A DNA stretch of 63,501 nucleotides, counting the filler, from Octopus bimaculoides (lineage: Eukaryota), in the NCBI RefSeq assembly GCF_001194135.2. It is 4 parts of 4 records of this genome, joined end to end, with 100 filler letters (N's around TTAATTAATTAA, not from the genome) between each part and the next. Parts side by side here need not be neighbours in the genome. Positions count along the whole stretch, not along the records: positions 23,473 to 31,745 come from NC_068999.1; positions 31,846 to 41,940 come from NC_068983.1; 2 more parts are not named here. One strand, 5' to 3'. The translations under genes were made by a program, and so were the position numbers. Of this stretch, positions 23,717-36,876 are shown piece by piece; the stretch's first letter is position 1, and every line of letters begins with the position of its first letter. The notes under the pieces are model-generated. The model had not been told where the DNA came from, searched no databases, and saw nothing but the letters and a program-made list of their open reading frames with translations.

Positions 23717-24699
23717 GCATCCATGACGTGAGGTAGAGGGAATGTAATTGAAACGCTTTCAAGTGATTTGTTGAAGAGAAAGAAAGGAGATAGAAAAGGG
23801 AGAGAGAGAAAAAGAAGACATGGTGAAGAGTGAGACGGAAAGAGGGAGAGAGAAAAGATGGAGAGAGAAAAAAGAGCGTCCATGACATGTGGTAGGGGAA
23901 ACGTAATATTTACTACGTGGTTAAAAAAGTTAGTCGAAGGTAGTGATATAGAGAAAGAGAGTTAGAAATATAATTATAGCAGAGAGGTGATGTTCTGATG
24001 GTGAGGTTAAAGAAAGGCAGAGAGAGAAGGAAAGGGGGAGGAAGAGAGGGAGAGGGGAAGGGAGAGAGGGGGATATGGTTGTGGTGGCAGTGGCGGTGGT
24101 GGAGATGGTGTATTTTTTAAAATTGAACTAGGTTTATTATATCACCTATTATTCAACACATCCGTATAAGTGCAATTCCGTGAAATATCCATGCTTATTT
24201 ACGTGACAGATATATGCAATTTAACTAAAAGTTGTATTATATGTACGAGATATTTTCTTTATTTTTTCTTTATGGGGAAAATGGAAAAATAAGAGTGAAT
24301 ATTTGATTTATAAGTGCTGTGTATTAAGTTTATTAAATTGTGAATAAAGTATATAAAGTGCATTAAGTAATAATCATATTCCAATCTCTTTCAATTTTCA
24401 ATGAGTAGCAGATGAGTAACTATCTTCCCATACAGACACAACACAGGCTACGTTTTCAGGTTTTTGGGATGAAGTTTTCAGAAATAACCCAATAGGTTTG
24501 CCATTAATTCCGTGAAATATTCACGGGCCTCACTAGTTACTATTATCATAGTAATGATGATTGTAATAACAAAATAATAACAATAAAAATAAATGTTTCA
24601 AATTTTTGCACAACTGGTTCTTATTTCATTGATCCTGGAAAGAGGAAATGCTGCTAAGCATTTCGCTAGGCGTGCTAACGATTCTGCCAGCTCGCTGCT

Positions 24700-24712
24700 T
24701 TGAATAATAATG

Positions 24713-24767
<55 letters not shown>

Positions 24768-24784
24768 TAATGATAACGATAACG

Positions 24785-24848
<64 letters not shown>

Positions 24849-25048
24849 TAATAATAATGATAATAATAATAANNNNNNNNNNNNNNNNNNNNNNNNNNNN
24901 NNNNNNNNNNNNNNNNNNNNNNNNNNNNNAAAGCACGTTATAAAAATAAAACTACTGAATAATAATAATAATAATAATAATAATGATAATAATAATGATA
25001 ATAATAATAACAATAATGATGATAATAATAATGATAATAATAATAATG

Positions 25049-25091
<43 letters not shown>

Positions 25092-25225
25092 TAATAATAG
25101 TAACAACAACAACAAACAGCAGCAGAAGGAGGAAGAAGAAGAAGAAGAAGAAGAAGAAGAAGAAGAAGAAGAAGAAGAAGAAGAAGAAGAAGAAGAAGAA
25201 GAAGAAGAAGAAGAAGAAGAAGAAT
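24700..25225. repeat. Compound (AAT/GAT)n and (GAA)n microsatellite
   Basis: Directly visible; (GAA)n run at about 25132-25223. Confidence 0.98.
24931..24960 (+). mobile_element. 3' terminus of Dong/R4-like LINE inside a TAA array
   Basis: AAGCACGTTATAAAAATAAAACTACTGAAT matches 31525-31553. Confidence 0.6.
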
Positions 25226-26907
25226 GAATGAATGATAATTGCCACAGCGTATTTGTGGATGAAATTGTAATTAGATTTATTACATTAACACGTTTAACAA
25301 ACATACGTATAACCCTTAATCTTATCGGCAGATACGTTACGCAATTAATTTAGTTAATCTATACCGTTGCATCCAGTTATCCGTGAATAGAGGAATTAGC
25401 ATCTTCTATATTTTTCCAAACATTTGCTCCTCGAATGATTCACCACAACTGATTACCATGAGGATGCAGAAGTATTTTTCACGATGCTTCTGATCGTGGA
25501 TGTGAACTCGTCTACAAATCGACATTCGGTTCATTCCAGTCGCTGCAATACGTACACTTCTATATCCATTAGGTTACGTTTTTTGTCGGTAATTTAGATA
25601 AATATTCAGCAATCGGATTTGCAGGATTTTTCAACTGAAGCTGTGGTGATAAAAATGGTGTTAAATATTTTTTGCGTGTGTATGGATAAGCGTGAGTGTG
25701 AATCAATTTCTTACGAATTAGAGACAGTAGGGTTATATCATTAAGCTATTGAAGCGAACCAGCACTAAACAGGTTGGCGTTAAGCGGGATAACACTGCAA
25801 GTATATACGGGAGTGAAGGAATGAGTGCGTGGGTTTCTTGTGTGTTAGTGTGTGTCTGTATGTGTGTGTATGAGTGTGTGTGCGTGTGTATTTGCAATCA
25901 AATAACATCTGGTCTTTACAAGCGAATGTTTTGAAATGCGATATCATTTGACGAGTTAAAGCGTATAAACCTTCTATAAATGGCATAAGAATGCAGTATA
26001 AGCAAAGCCGAAAAATAACTCACTAATATTAGAGACATATTTGAATGCTGAATACGAAGCATTCGATAAATTCGTTTTAGGAAAACGAGAAGTCTGCACT
26101 AAATGAGACTCTACGTTGACTCAGATCTTGGGAACATGTACAGGCATACAGAACTTCTATTCATTAATTGTTAGAAATAAATTCATTCTTGCTTTCTTTA
26201 TTTTTCTGTTTCCTTGGATTCTTTATATTATCTTTAATATCTTTCTATTTAAGCTTGTCTATTTTTTTGTTTCATGACGTTCTTTTTTCCATTATCAAAA
26301 TCTCTATTTCCTCATATTATTTTCTTCGTTTCTTTTTTTTTTTTACCAGTATATTCGTTTTAAGTACAAAAACATATATGCTGGTTCAGCAAAAAGTAAA
26401 ACAGCTAGCATTGCAATCTCCGAATGATTATTCCTCCATATGCATCCATGTAAGAAAAACTACATCGATAACCTCAACGTCACTTGTAATCCGGGATTTC
26501 GTAATGCACTTGCCTAAACTGGAGCGCCATTTGTGATTTAAGTTCAGGTCGAATACTTGCTGACTGCCGTCTGCACGGAAACCTTGATTTCTTGAAAGTC
26601 AACATACATTCTATTAAAAATACTTGCTTCTCCAAGTTCTCCATGTTGGGCATGAAAGGCTCTACATGAATGCGATATGGTTTAAAAACTCAGGTCAGTG
26701 GTAAGGCGGGGTTCGTGGGGTCAGTTATAATCCCGCCTCCATCTGTTATGTCTTATTGAGTCCTATCATCATCCGTATTATATATTTTCTGGAATTTTAA
26801 AAATGACCCCAATCGCATTTCTTGTAAGATCATTCGATTTCATTGTGCTGTCCCTTCTATGTATGTCGTTATGGATAATAAAAAAATTGAGAAACGTTAG
26901 CCTGGAA

Positions 26908-27600
26908 GGCTGCGAGCTGGCAGAAACGTTAGCACGCCGGGCGAAATGCTTAGCGGTATTTCGTCTGTCTTGACGTCCTGAGTTCAAATTCCGCCGAGGT
27001 CTACTTTACCTTTCGTCCTTTCGGAGTCGATAAATTAAGTACAAGTTACGCACTGGGATCGATGTAATCGACTTAATCCCTTTGTCTGTCCTTGTTTGTT
27101 CCCTCTATGTTTAGCCCCTTGTGGGCAATAAAGAAATAAGAANNNNNNNNNNTTGTTTGTTCCCTCTATGTTTAGCCACTTGTGGGCAATAAAGAAATAA
27201 GAAACGTTAGCATGCCGGGCGAAATGCTTAGCGGTATTTTGTCTGCCGTTACGTTCTGATTTCAAATTCTGCCGAGGTCTACTTTACCTTTCATCCTTTC
27301 GGAGTCGATAAATTAAGTACCAGTTACGCACTGGGATCGATGTAATCGACTTAATCCCTTTGTCTGTCCTTGTTTGTCCCCTCTATTTCTAGCCTCTTGT
27401 GGGCAATAAAGAAATAAGAAACGTTAGCGGCATTTCGTCTGTCTTCACGTTCTGAGTTCAAATTCCGCCGAGGTCGACTTTGCCTTTCATCCTTTCGGGG
27501 GTCGATAAATTAAGTACCAGTTGCGTACTGGGGTCGATCTAATCGACTGGTCCCCTTCCCAAAATTTTCGGGTCTTGGGCCTCGAGTAGAAAAGAATATT
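26908..27600 (+). mobile_element. Head-to-tail array of SINE family C units (~217-bp period)
   Basis: GAAACGTTAGC...GAGGTC(T/G)ACTTT(A/G)CCTTTC...GGGCAATAAAGAAATAA, three units. Confidence 0.85.
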
Positions 27601-28269
27601 TGCTTCTTCATTTACCTTGTATTGAGTACTCATTCCTCCCACCCGAGTGCATGTGTGTGTGTGTGTGCATATTTGTGTGTACACACGCGTGCACACACAC
27701 GTACATAGAAAGGTAATAGCTATACATGTATATTATCATTATTATTCATGCATCAAGACAAATTATGGATACAGGACATGGTCATCCAATGCCTATTGTT
27801 GAGAGCCATGAAGCGAGGTGACTGCCAACCTTACACTGTTAGTTTTGTCATTGTTGTTGATATTCTTATAGTTTCATAATTTATCTTTTACTTGTTTCAG
27901 TCATTGACTGCGGTCATGCTGGGGCACCGTCTTGGGGAATGTTTTTAGTCGAGTTAAAATGTGTCCATTAAGAAGACGAAATTATTTTGGTTTCATTTTT
28001 GTGACGTTCGCATTTCTTCTAAAGTTTACGTTGTAATCATTATGAGAAACGAAAAAAATGTGCACCACAAACTCTGGTTACAGTATTCAGGATTTTTTAA
28101 CTTCCAAGTCAACAATAATCGAGGATAGTTGCAATGAAAGACACTTTGATCGTGAACAACCTCCTTTTTCAAAATGAATGTCTTATAATATATTATTTAG
28201 TATACCTTTGTATATTTTTCAGATGATCTGAGGGAGACGTTACCATTATATTATTGAAGGTTGACTCAC

Positions 28270-28344
28270 CATATAAGGGTTCCTCGGGGACCCCGATCAA
28301 TTCCAGTTTGAGTAGATGTGAATCTCATTCATAACGTTGTTCAG
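28270..28344 (-). other. Candidate internal exon (75 nt) of a minus-strand transcript
   Basis: Acceptor GATTTGTTATTTCCTAG and donor ATG|GTGAGT; no match to repeats elsewhere in the window. Confidence 0.45.
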
Positions 28345-28681
28345 CTAGGAAATAACAAATCTCAATAATAAGAACTAGGCCATATCAAAGAGTGATAAGA
28401 AGCAGATTTTTCCGTTATGGAAAACTACTCCGTTTACTTACAATGTAGCTTTTATCTATGAATTCTTATATAAACACAGGAGCTGATAAGATTGGGATAA
28501 TGATTCAGCTATTGAAATATCAGGTTATTACATTGTGGAATATAATAATTATGCAGTAATTATATTAAGAATAGTGAAGATGGGGGAAGATGGGTGGATG
28601 TGTTCTGTGTAAACCTCTTTATTGTTACATCGTGACTTATTAAATATCACGTTGCAAACAAATTGTTATAGTCCTTATACA

Positions 28682-28716
<35 letters not shown>

Positions 28717-29499
28717 TGCACAGTTCATGTGCTTACTCCGGTATATATATATATATATATATTTACATGTATATATAAAGGAGACCACTAGGTGCACTGT
28801 TAATGTGCTAGAAGAAGATCACATGTAATGTGTCTACTAAGACCGAATTGTTCTCAAAGGAAATTTAGCGAAGTAACAAAAGCGTATACGGTCAAGACAA
28901 GCGAAAGTTACATAAATATGTACAGTTACCTATAAACTAGTTTCGAAATTTATATTTTCTTATCGAAAATATCTGTTTCTCATCAGTATAGGCCGCTAAA
29001 TAAACATAATTCTCAGAATCGCATTCTAGTTGTTCCCCACGAATGGAGCACGTGTACACGGTTCTGTTGATTATATTTATGGTAAGATTCAAAAGTCTTC
29101 GTCCCTGCGCGCCAAATCCGGAAATATGCCAAACGTAATGCTCTGCACTCCTTTGGACTACATCAGCAAGGTCGAGAGAGGAATCCTAATGATTGGGCTA
29201 CCCAGAATTTTCTTACATCTGGCCCAGGCCTGCGCAAAACTGGAGAGGAAACTGGAGAGGACATGAAATGTGAAGACCAGACTGGATTAGTTTATGTGCA
29301 ACTCCATTGCCTCCCGAGACAAAAGGATGCCAACAAGATATGCATATATGTGCACACAATTATTTGTTATAGTGACTGAAATATTGGTATTGTACTGTTG
29401 TTGCAGTGGAGTTGGTGTTGATGTTATACACTAGACTATTTTCCTCCTTTCAAATCTACCTTTTTACAGGGACAGTTTTCTAGTTTTCATTTCTATCGC

Positions 29500-30100
29500 C
29501 CTCATTGTATTACATACCTGAGTGATCTGTAGGGTGTAGGCTATGTCTCGTTGTATTGTATTGGAGTTGGAGGATTCTGATATTGGCGATGTTTTTATTG
29601 TCATAAAGGCTCTCTGTTGCATTCGTTTGGGTTGCTGCTCCACTCAATGATATTGCTGTGATGACACGCTGTTATTGATGCTATTGTTGCTTCTGTGGTA
29701 ATGGAGAGGGTTTTCCATTTTCTCTTTTGCTGTGGACATTTCTGTCTTCAGATAGTTTGCGTCACCGCATAAATGACACCTTATCTTTCTGCCCCAACTG
29801 TCACGAACACTTTTAAGGCATCTAACACATGGATCAGATCAGGGATAGCACCCATACCATCTTGATCTGTTGGGATCTATTGCCACATCCCTGCGCCCGA
29901 CTAATTTCTCCTTTGCAGGATGGGAGTTGCAATATAATCCTCCTTTTTCTTCGTTATCAAGTAAAACGATATTAGCCAACAAATATATCTTTCTGTGGCA
30001 CATTCACCATCGATATATTTTTACCACTCTTCAGCATAGGTTCTCGGCAAGTTCATCACTATTTAGGAATGTTACCGAATGTTTTCTGCTTCGTTCTTAA
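29500..30100 (-). mobile_element. Possible degraded LINE ORF1 remnant with zinc knuckle
   Basis: A-rich minus strand encoding GRKIRCHLCGDANYLK followed by low-complexity N/S/Q; multiple stops. Confidence 0.35.
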
Positions 30101-30164
30101 TCGGAAATCTCGCTTGTACCGTGCCGAACCTTTTCCCTTGGGTGGCATATACTTTAGTACACTG

Positions 30165-30467
30165 AGAAGGCATGTGGCCAAGTGGTAATGATATTCGGCT
30201 CACGATTGTAAAGTCGTGAGTTCGATACCCAGTGACGTGTTGTGTCCTTGAACAGACACTTGATTTCACGCTGCTCTAGTCCAGTCAGCTGGAAAAAATG
30301 AGTTGTAACTGTTTTTCAAAGGACTAGCCTAGTCACATTCTGTCATGCTGAATCTTTCTCTGAGAACTGCGTAAAGAGTACACGTGCTTGTGGAGTGCTC
30401 AACTCCTTGCGCACTAATTTTACGAGTAGGCTGTTCAATTGACCGGACCCTCATCGTCGTAATCGTG
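30165..30467 (+). mobile_element. Older family A-related SINE
   Basis: GTGGCCAAGTGGTAA...GAGTTCGATACCC head; CTGAGAACTGCGTAAAGAGTACACGTG core. Confidence 0.7.
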
Positions 30468-31385
30468 GGAGGGCCAGTAGCCCCCAACAGATTCAAGGCA
30501 CTTTTCAATTTAATTTGGTGTCGTTTACTCCACTTTTACCACCTTTATACAATACGTTTTGTTCTGTCTTTGTCCTTCCGACTCTGTTGTTGTGTGCTTA
30601 AAGTGACTGTTCTTGCATTTTTGGTCAGGAAATATTTGGTATTTTTCAAATCCTGCGACGTGAGATAAATTAATTCTTGCACTCGAACTGCGTCAGCGGA
30701 TTTATTAACATTTGATTTGCTATCCGCAGTGTTAGCGTTATTAATGGTGTTAATGTTAATGTAAATGCTAGCAGTAGTAGCGATGTAGGAGGTGGTAGCA
30801 GTAGGAGTGAGGGCTGTGTGTGCAGTATTGGCAGATAAGTTGTTGCTACAGTTAACTGTTTTTATTTTCATCGTTCTCATCATCAATGTTGTTCTTGCGG
30901 TTGCTGCTATTTATTGCAGTGGGGTTAATGATGGTAATGCCATAGTGTCATCGTTGCCGCCCATTTTGTCGTTGTAATTGCTGTTATTGTTGTTGATGTT
31001 TCTGTCGGCATTGTTGATGGCGATGTTGCTTTGGCTTAAAATAGAAAAAGCAGAGTCGAAATTGCTGTTCCAAATGCTATTTACCACCCTACATACAGTA
31101 TCCTGTTGAAAATTTAGGCGCCATGTTTTTATTGTATTTTTGATAGTTAATTTTCAGAAAGAAACTTGCCAAATTCTGTCACAAGAAAAGAAAACCGAAT
31201 CTGTCCATTTCCTTAGTTACCTGATCACTTTAGCAATAAAACAGCAAAAGCACTAGGGGATAGTTTTTTAAAACACAGTTAAAACAACCAAGCTTACGAG
31301 TGATTTGAAGGGTCGTTATAAAAAGCAGCATAAAACAGTAACAACAACAACAGCAACTAATAATAATAATAATAATAATAATAAC

Positions 31386-31420
<35 letters not shown>

Positions 31421-31427
31421 CAACAAT

Positions 31428-31552
31428 AACGCAAAACACTTTCAAGACAGTAGCCATAAGAGCATCACAGCAAACCACAGCACATACCCAAGGCACACAG
31501 AGCTGCGCTCAGTAGTGAAGTGAAAGCACGCTATAATAATAAAACTACTGAA
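31428..31552 (+). mobile_element. 3' end of Dong/R4-like LINE between two (TAA)n arrays
   Basis: Unique 125-bp segment ending GTGAAAGCACGCTATAATAATAAAACTACTGAA then (TAA)n; same end at 24931. Assignment to the LINE is inferred from context. Confidence 0.6.
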
Positions 31553-31554
31553 TA

Positions 31555-31610
<56 letters not shown>

Positions 31611-31613
<3 letters not shown>

Positions 31614-31745
31614 TGCTTTCTAATTGATGTATCAATACCAGCAGATGACAACGTTTCTCTAAAAGAAATGGAAAAACTTTCAAAATACAAAGACCTGGAA
31701 ATAGAGATAACTCGAATGTGGAATCTAAAAACAGAAACAATTCCT
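31611..31745 (+). mobile_element. R4/Dong-like restriction-like endonuclease domain, open frame, cut by linker
   Basis: KCFLIDVSIPADDNVSLKEMEKLSKYKDLEIEITRMWNLKTETIP starts directly after (TAA)n. Confidence 0.85.
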
Positions 31746-31845
31746 NNNNNNNNNNNNNNNNNNNNNNNNNNNNNNNNNNNNNNNNNNNNTTAATTAATTA
31801 ANNNNNNNNNNNNNNNNNNNNNNNNNNNNNNNNNNNNNNNNNNNN
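31746..31845. other. Artificial scaffold-join linker
   Basis: 44N + TTAATTAATTAA + 44N. Confidence 0.95.
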
Positions 31846-31933
31846 TATATATATATATATATATATGTATATACGATTGCTTTCACCCCTGACAACCAAG
31901 CAAATGAAATCGTTAGTAGTATGTATATAGTCG

Positions 31934-32320
31934 CAGGCCTGGCTATGTGGTGAAACACCTCCCACCCACATGGTCTCGTGTTCAGATCCGCTCCTCGGTA
32001 CTTTAGATAAATATTTTCTACTGTATCCTCTGGCTGGTCAAATCCTTGCAAGTGGATTTGGGCGAAGAATGCTGAAAGAAGCCAATCGTATATATATATA
32101 GGTATGTGTATATCTCTGTGTCTGTCTTTGTCACCCACGACAACTTGACATCAGGTGCTAATAACGTCCTCGTAACGTAGCGGTTCGGCAAAAGTTATCG
32201 ATACAATAAGTACCAGATTTAAAGTAAATAATTACTGGGGTGAAATCAATCGACTAAAAATTCTTCAACCAGTGCCCTGACATAATGACAGTCTAATGAC
32301 TGAAACAAGTAAAAGATAAA
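31934..32320 (+). mobile_element. SINE family B, diverged
   Basis: Head through AATGACTGAAACAAGTAAAAGA tail. Confidence 0.75.
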
Positions 32321-32505
32321 AGATAAATAATATATACGTGTGTACATGAGTATAAAGGGCAGTATATACACGCAATCACACACACACACATACACACTTG
32401 CACACACATACATGCATGCATAAACACACAGACACACAAACACATCCAAATTAAATATATATATGCATGTATGTGTTAGTATGTGTGTATATGTGTGTAT
32501 GTGGA

Positions 32506-32821
32506 TCACTGGTTAGAGCTTGAGGTTCACAATAATGAGGTAGTGAGTTCGAATCCCGGTCCGGGCTGTGTGTTGTGTCCTTCAGGAAGACGCTTTAGTC
32601 TACGTCGTTCCAGTTTACTCAGTGGTAGAAGTGAGCAGCGACGTCACTGGTACCAAGTTGACTTTCCGCTACAAATCATCGGTGGCGTGGAGAGTGGAGG
32701 CTGATATGTATGAGCGACTGATGGTCTCCCATAAACAACCTTGCACGGAATTGAGCCTCGGAGGGTAACTTTCTAGGTGCAATACCATGGTCATTCATAA
32801 TTGAAGGGGGTATTTACCTTT
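32506..32821 (+). mobile_element. SINE family D
   Basis: B-box GAGTTCGAATCCC; reverse complement of 10547-10835. Confidence 0.75.
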
Positions 32822-33063
32822 GAGCGGAATACATACGTATGTGTATATACATACATACATACACACACACACACNNNNNNNNNNNNNNNNNNNNNNNNNN
32901 NNNNNNNNNNNNNNNNNNNNNNNNNNNNNNNNNNNNNNNNNNNNNNNNNNNNNNNNNNNNNNNNNNNNNNNNNNNNNNNNNNNNNNNNNNNNNNNNNNNN
33001 NNNNNNNNNNNNNNNNNNNNNNNNNNNNNNNNNNNNNNNNNNNNNNNNNNNNNNNNNNNNNNN

Positions 33064-33099
<36 letters not shown>

Positions 33100-34793
33100 T
33101 AATATATCATTGTTTCTATGTATTCACCAATTAAACGAACATGTGTGTATGTTTACGGGTACGGACGAATAAGTGCCTTTTGTGTGGAGGAATATATTAA
33201 TGACTGATAAAGCGACGGTTGTAGGAACCCAGAAGAGCTAAAATAAGTTTACGAGTAATCTTGCAGACGAGTTGGTATCCCGCTGGAATAATTATTTAGC
33301 CACGCGTAAATGACTTCCTTTGAAGTAAAACGTTATGAGACAAAAGAGATAAGGAAAACTTCTAGTTTATGTTTTAGCAACATTATAATCTTAGAGTGGT
33401 CATCTATCTTTATAAAATGCGAGACACATCTATGGTAAAGAACGTATTGAATAAGAAGTTTTGTTAATTTATATTTTTATACTTTTGACTTATTTTTTAT
33501 CTTCATTCATTACTTTTAGTCTAGTTGTTTTATAATTTACATTTCTTCTATTTTCCTTTCCGTTAATTTATTATAGCATTTTGGTAACTTGTGTCTATTT
33601 GATTCTACGTGCTGCTCTTTGTCAAGGGAATGCTAAGAATAAAATACAGGCAAGGAAAAATAGTGAAATAGCGGTGATCCAGCATGACTTGCAAAGTACA
33701 CACCTATTGCTGGATCAGATTTATTTAACATCTATAAAATAATACGTATGTATGAAGCTCTTAGCACCTAGCACCTGATTCTAACGCACTGAAACAACTG
33801 TTGTAGTATGGAGTAAATTCTCTCCATTCCATCTCCTTGTATCATACATTTCACACAGAAACACACACACATACACACACACACACACACATATGTGAAC
33901 AAAAGCAATAAGGAGAGGTCAGAGAGAAGTGGGATATTAACATTACCAGAGATGTTCTAGCTGTTTAATAATTTACTGAGAATAACATCAACTACTATTT
34001 TAACACACACATACAGGTATATAGATATACACATAAGTATTTACCCATCTATATATGTACGTATATGCATATATATGTACGGATGTACACATTGTATATG
34101 GTGCGTGTGTGTTTGTGTATCTACACATAATATGCACTCCCCACCTGATGAGGTGTATTATTTTAGACTTCGGATGGATGGTAATGTTTACAATACATAC
34201 ATACATTTGCATACACGTATATACATATGCGGGTTTAAATTTATACTATGATATTTGGAATGGAGAAGACTACACCGTTAGAATCCTCTAGGCGGAATGC
34301 CTCACAGAATCTATTTATACGCGATCTGGTGTAGAAAAGATATTGGAAACATTAATATCCCATGCGATAATTTATCAATATAAGACAAAACAGTTCATGG
34401 CAAATAGACACTTCCACACAGTTGATAATGACAGTTATATATAAAATCAAACGAAAGAAGGGATGGAACGAATTGATATACTTCAAGGATGTGGAGTTGT
34501 GTAGAAATCTGATGTTTGGGGACGAATTTAGGTACGACTAAGAAATATTGAATGTGCAAATACGAAAAGCATTCGCGAATAAATAGCTACAAAACGGTAA
34601 GTCGTCCTGCGTGTACACTCTTACCAACTGGTCTGTATTCACACCCACACATGTGTCCTATCCCTTTACACAGCAACAAATATTCCTACAAATACACGCA
34701 TAAGTACAGACCATCCCCAGCGATATATCTAACGTTATAATCTCTAGCCACACAGAAATACTAGTACACAGTTTCTAACAAGCGTATGTGCGT

Positions 34794-34858
<65 letters not shown>

Positions 34859-36841
34859 NNNNNNNNNNNNNNNNNNNNNNNNNNNNNNNNNNNNNNNNNN
34901 NNNNNNNNNNNNNNNNNNNNNNNNNNNNNNNNNNNNNNNNNNNNNNNNNNNNNNNNNNNNNNNNNNNNNNNNNNNNNNNNNNNNNNNNNNNNNNNNNNNN
35001 NNNNNNNNNNNNNNNNNNNNNNNNNNNNNNNNNNNNNNNNNNNNNNNNNNNNNNNNNNNNNNNNNNNNNNNNNNNNNNNNNNNNNNNNNNNNNNNNNNNN
35101 NNNNNNNNNNNNNNNNNNNNNNNNNNNNNNNNNNNNNNNNNNNNNNNNNNNNNNNNNNNNNNNNNNNNNNNNNNNNNNNNNNNNNNNNNNNNNNNNNNNN
35201 NNNNNNNNNNNNNNNNNNNNNNNNNNNNNNNNNNNNNNNNNNNNNNNNNNNNNNNNNNNNNNNNNNNNNNNNNNNNNNNNNNNNNNNNNNNNNNNNNNNN
35301 NNNNNNNNNNNNNNNNNNNNNNNNNNNNNNNNNNNNNNNNNNNNNNNNNNNNNNNNNNNNNNNNNNNNNNNNNNNNNNNNNNNNNNNNNNNNNNNNNNNN
35401 NNNNNNNNNNNNNNNNNNNNNNNNNNNNNNNNNNNNNNNNNNNNNNNNNNNNNNNNNNNNNNNNNNNNNNNNNNNNNNNNNNNNNNNNNNNNNNNNNNNN
35501 NNNNNNNNNNNNNNNNNNNNNNNNNNNNNNNNNNNNNNNNNNNNNNNNNNNNNNNNNNNNNNNNNNNNNNNNNNNNNNNNNNNNNNNNNNNNNNNNNNNN
35601 NNNNNNNNNNNNNNNNNNNNNNNNNNNNNNNNNNNNNNNNNNNNNNNNNNNNNNNNNNNNNNNNNNNTAATTCATTTGGTACTTATTGTTGGTTGAGATA
35701 TATATCTAATTATTGTTCTACTTACGAGCTGACGAGTAGCTATATTTTTGAATAGAATTTATTTTCGATAATTTCAATTGATTTTATACTAATACTCAAA
35801 GGGTAAGAAGATTTGGTATTAAGCATCACTATTAATGTCATCATTCAGATAAATTAATGTTTATAATACTAAACACTTCACACAGACACACATACACCCA
35901 CATGCCTGTATATATCTGTATACACACACACACACACTCACATATATGTATCTATGTATATCTGTGTGCGCGTATTTTTTTTTTTGCATATGTGCATATA
36001 GTACGTACCTTGTCCAGTTCGTAATTTTTGTGGCAGTATATTTGAGGGAAATTTAGTAGCTGAGCCGAAAAGGATTTGCTAGGAATAGGGGCTACATTTC
36101 ACTCCGTTTTCCTGCAAATCATACGAGAGTGCTGAACTGTTTCTGTCTCAACTGAATAAATGAGTATTGAGATGAAATGGTAGAAATGAGCTTTTCCATA
36201 AATATTTACACATACTTTCATAAGAAGTAGTTTAACAAGGATTATCCAGTGAAAGTTATGAACAATATCATGGAAAATATATAAAATAATATCTGCATTT
36301 ACAACACACCACTCCAATTCCACTGAGAAAAATATTTTATATGACTTTTAATGAGACAGAATTCTTCAAGAACTATAACATTTTCAAAAAAATACTTATG
36401 CTATAAATACAGTATCGAAAAGTGAACTAATACGAAATAGACTGAGAATGTAATAATGGTAACTAGAAATAAAGAGCACAACACAACTATTCTTCGATCA
36501 TGAAAGAATCCCCCAAAATATAAAACTGAGTATGAGTTAGTAGCGGTCAGGAAATCTGGCAAGAAAAATCTATAGAAAAGTTAAGGAAAAAAGCGGGAAA
36601 TGAGATTAAAGAATGCCTTGTTGCATACTAAGACGTTGACAGATATCTTTCAAACTTGGGTAACATGTGACAGCTAGAAAAGTGAAGAAAGGTATAACAA
36701 CAAAAAGATCAGAAATGGCCAAGACAGAAAGATATTTCTTTTTTGCTGCAGAAGAGCTAATGCTTACTACCAGAAACTATTTAAATCACACAAGTTAGCA
36801 GAATACCAGCCCTGTCTATCTATCTATCTATCTATCTATCC

Positions 36842-36876
<35 letters not shown>

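Noticed and set aside
23716-23905. Two ~35-bp similar blocks (CATCCATGACGTGAGGTAGAGG and CGTCCATGACATGTGGTAGGGG) about 160 bp apart, array-like
   Set aside because: Only two diverged copies separated by GA-rich simple sequence; not a CRISPR or regular array
24598-25304. Poly-Asn, poly-Ile, poly-Glu and poly-Lys ORFs
   Set aside because: Translations of (AAT)n and (GAA)n microsatellites
26540-26660. MCM-like YVDFQEIK motif on the minus strand
   Set aside because: An eight-residue match only, with no supporting neighbouring exons or acceptor
29030-29081. Plus-strand signal-peptide-like exon (MEHVYTVLLIIFM|GTAAGA) with acceptors at 29469 and 29918
   Set aside because: Both joins stop within about 20 codons, and the acceptors lie in the T-rich antisense strand of a probable LINE remnant
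30545-31060. Thr/Ala/Asn-rich ORF and relatively GC-richer patch
   Set aside because: Decayed trinucleotide low-complexity sequence
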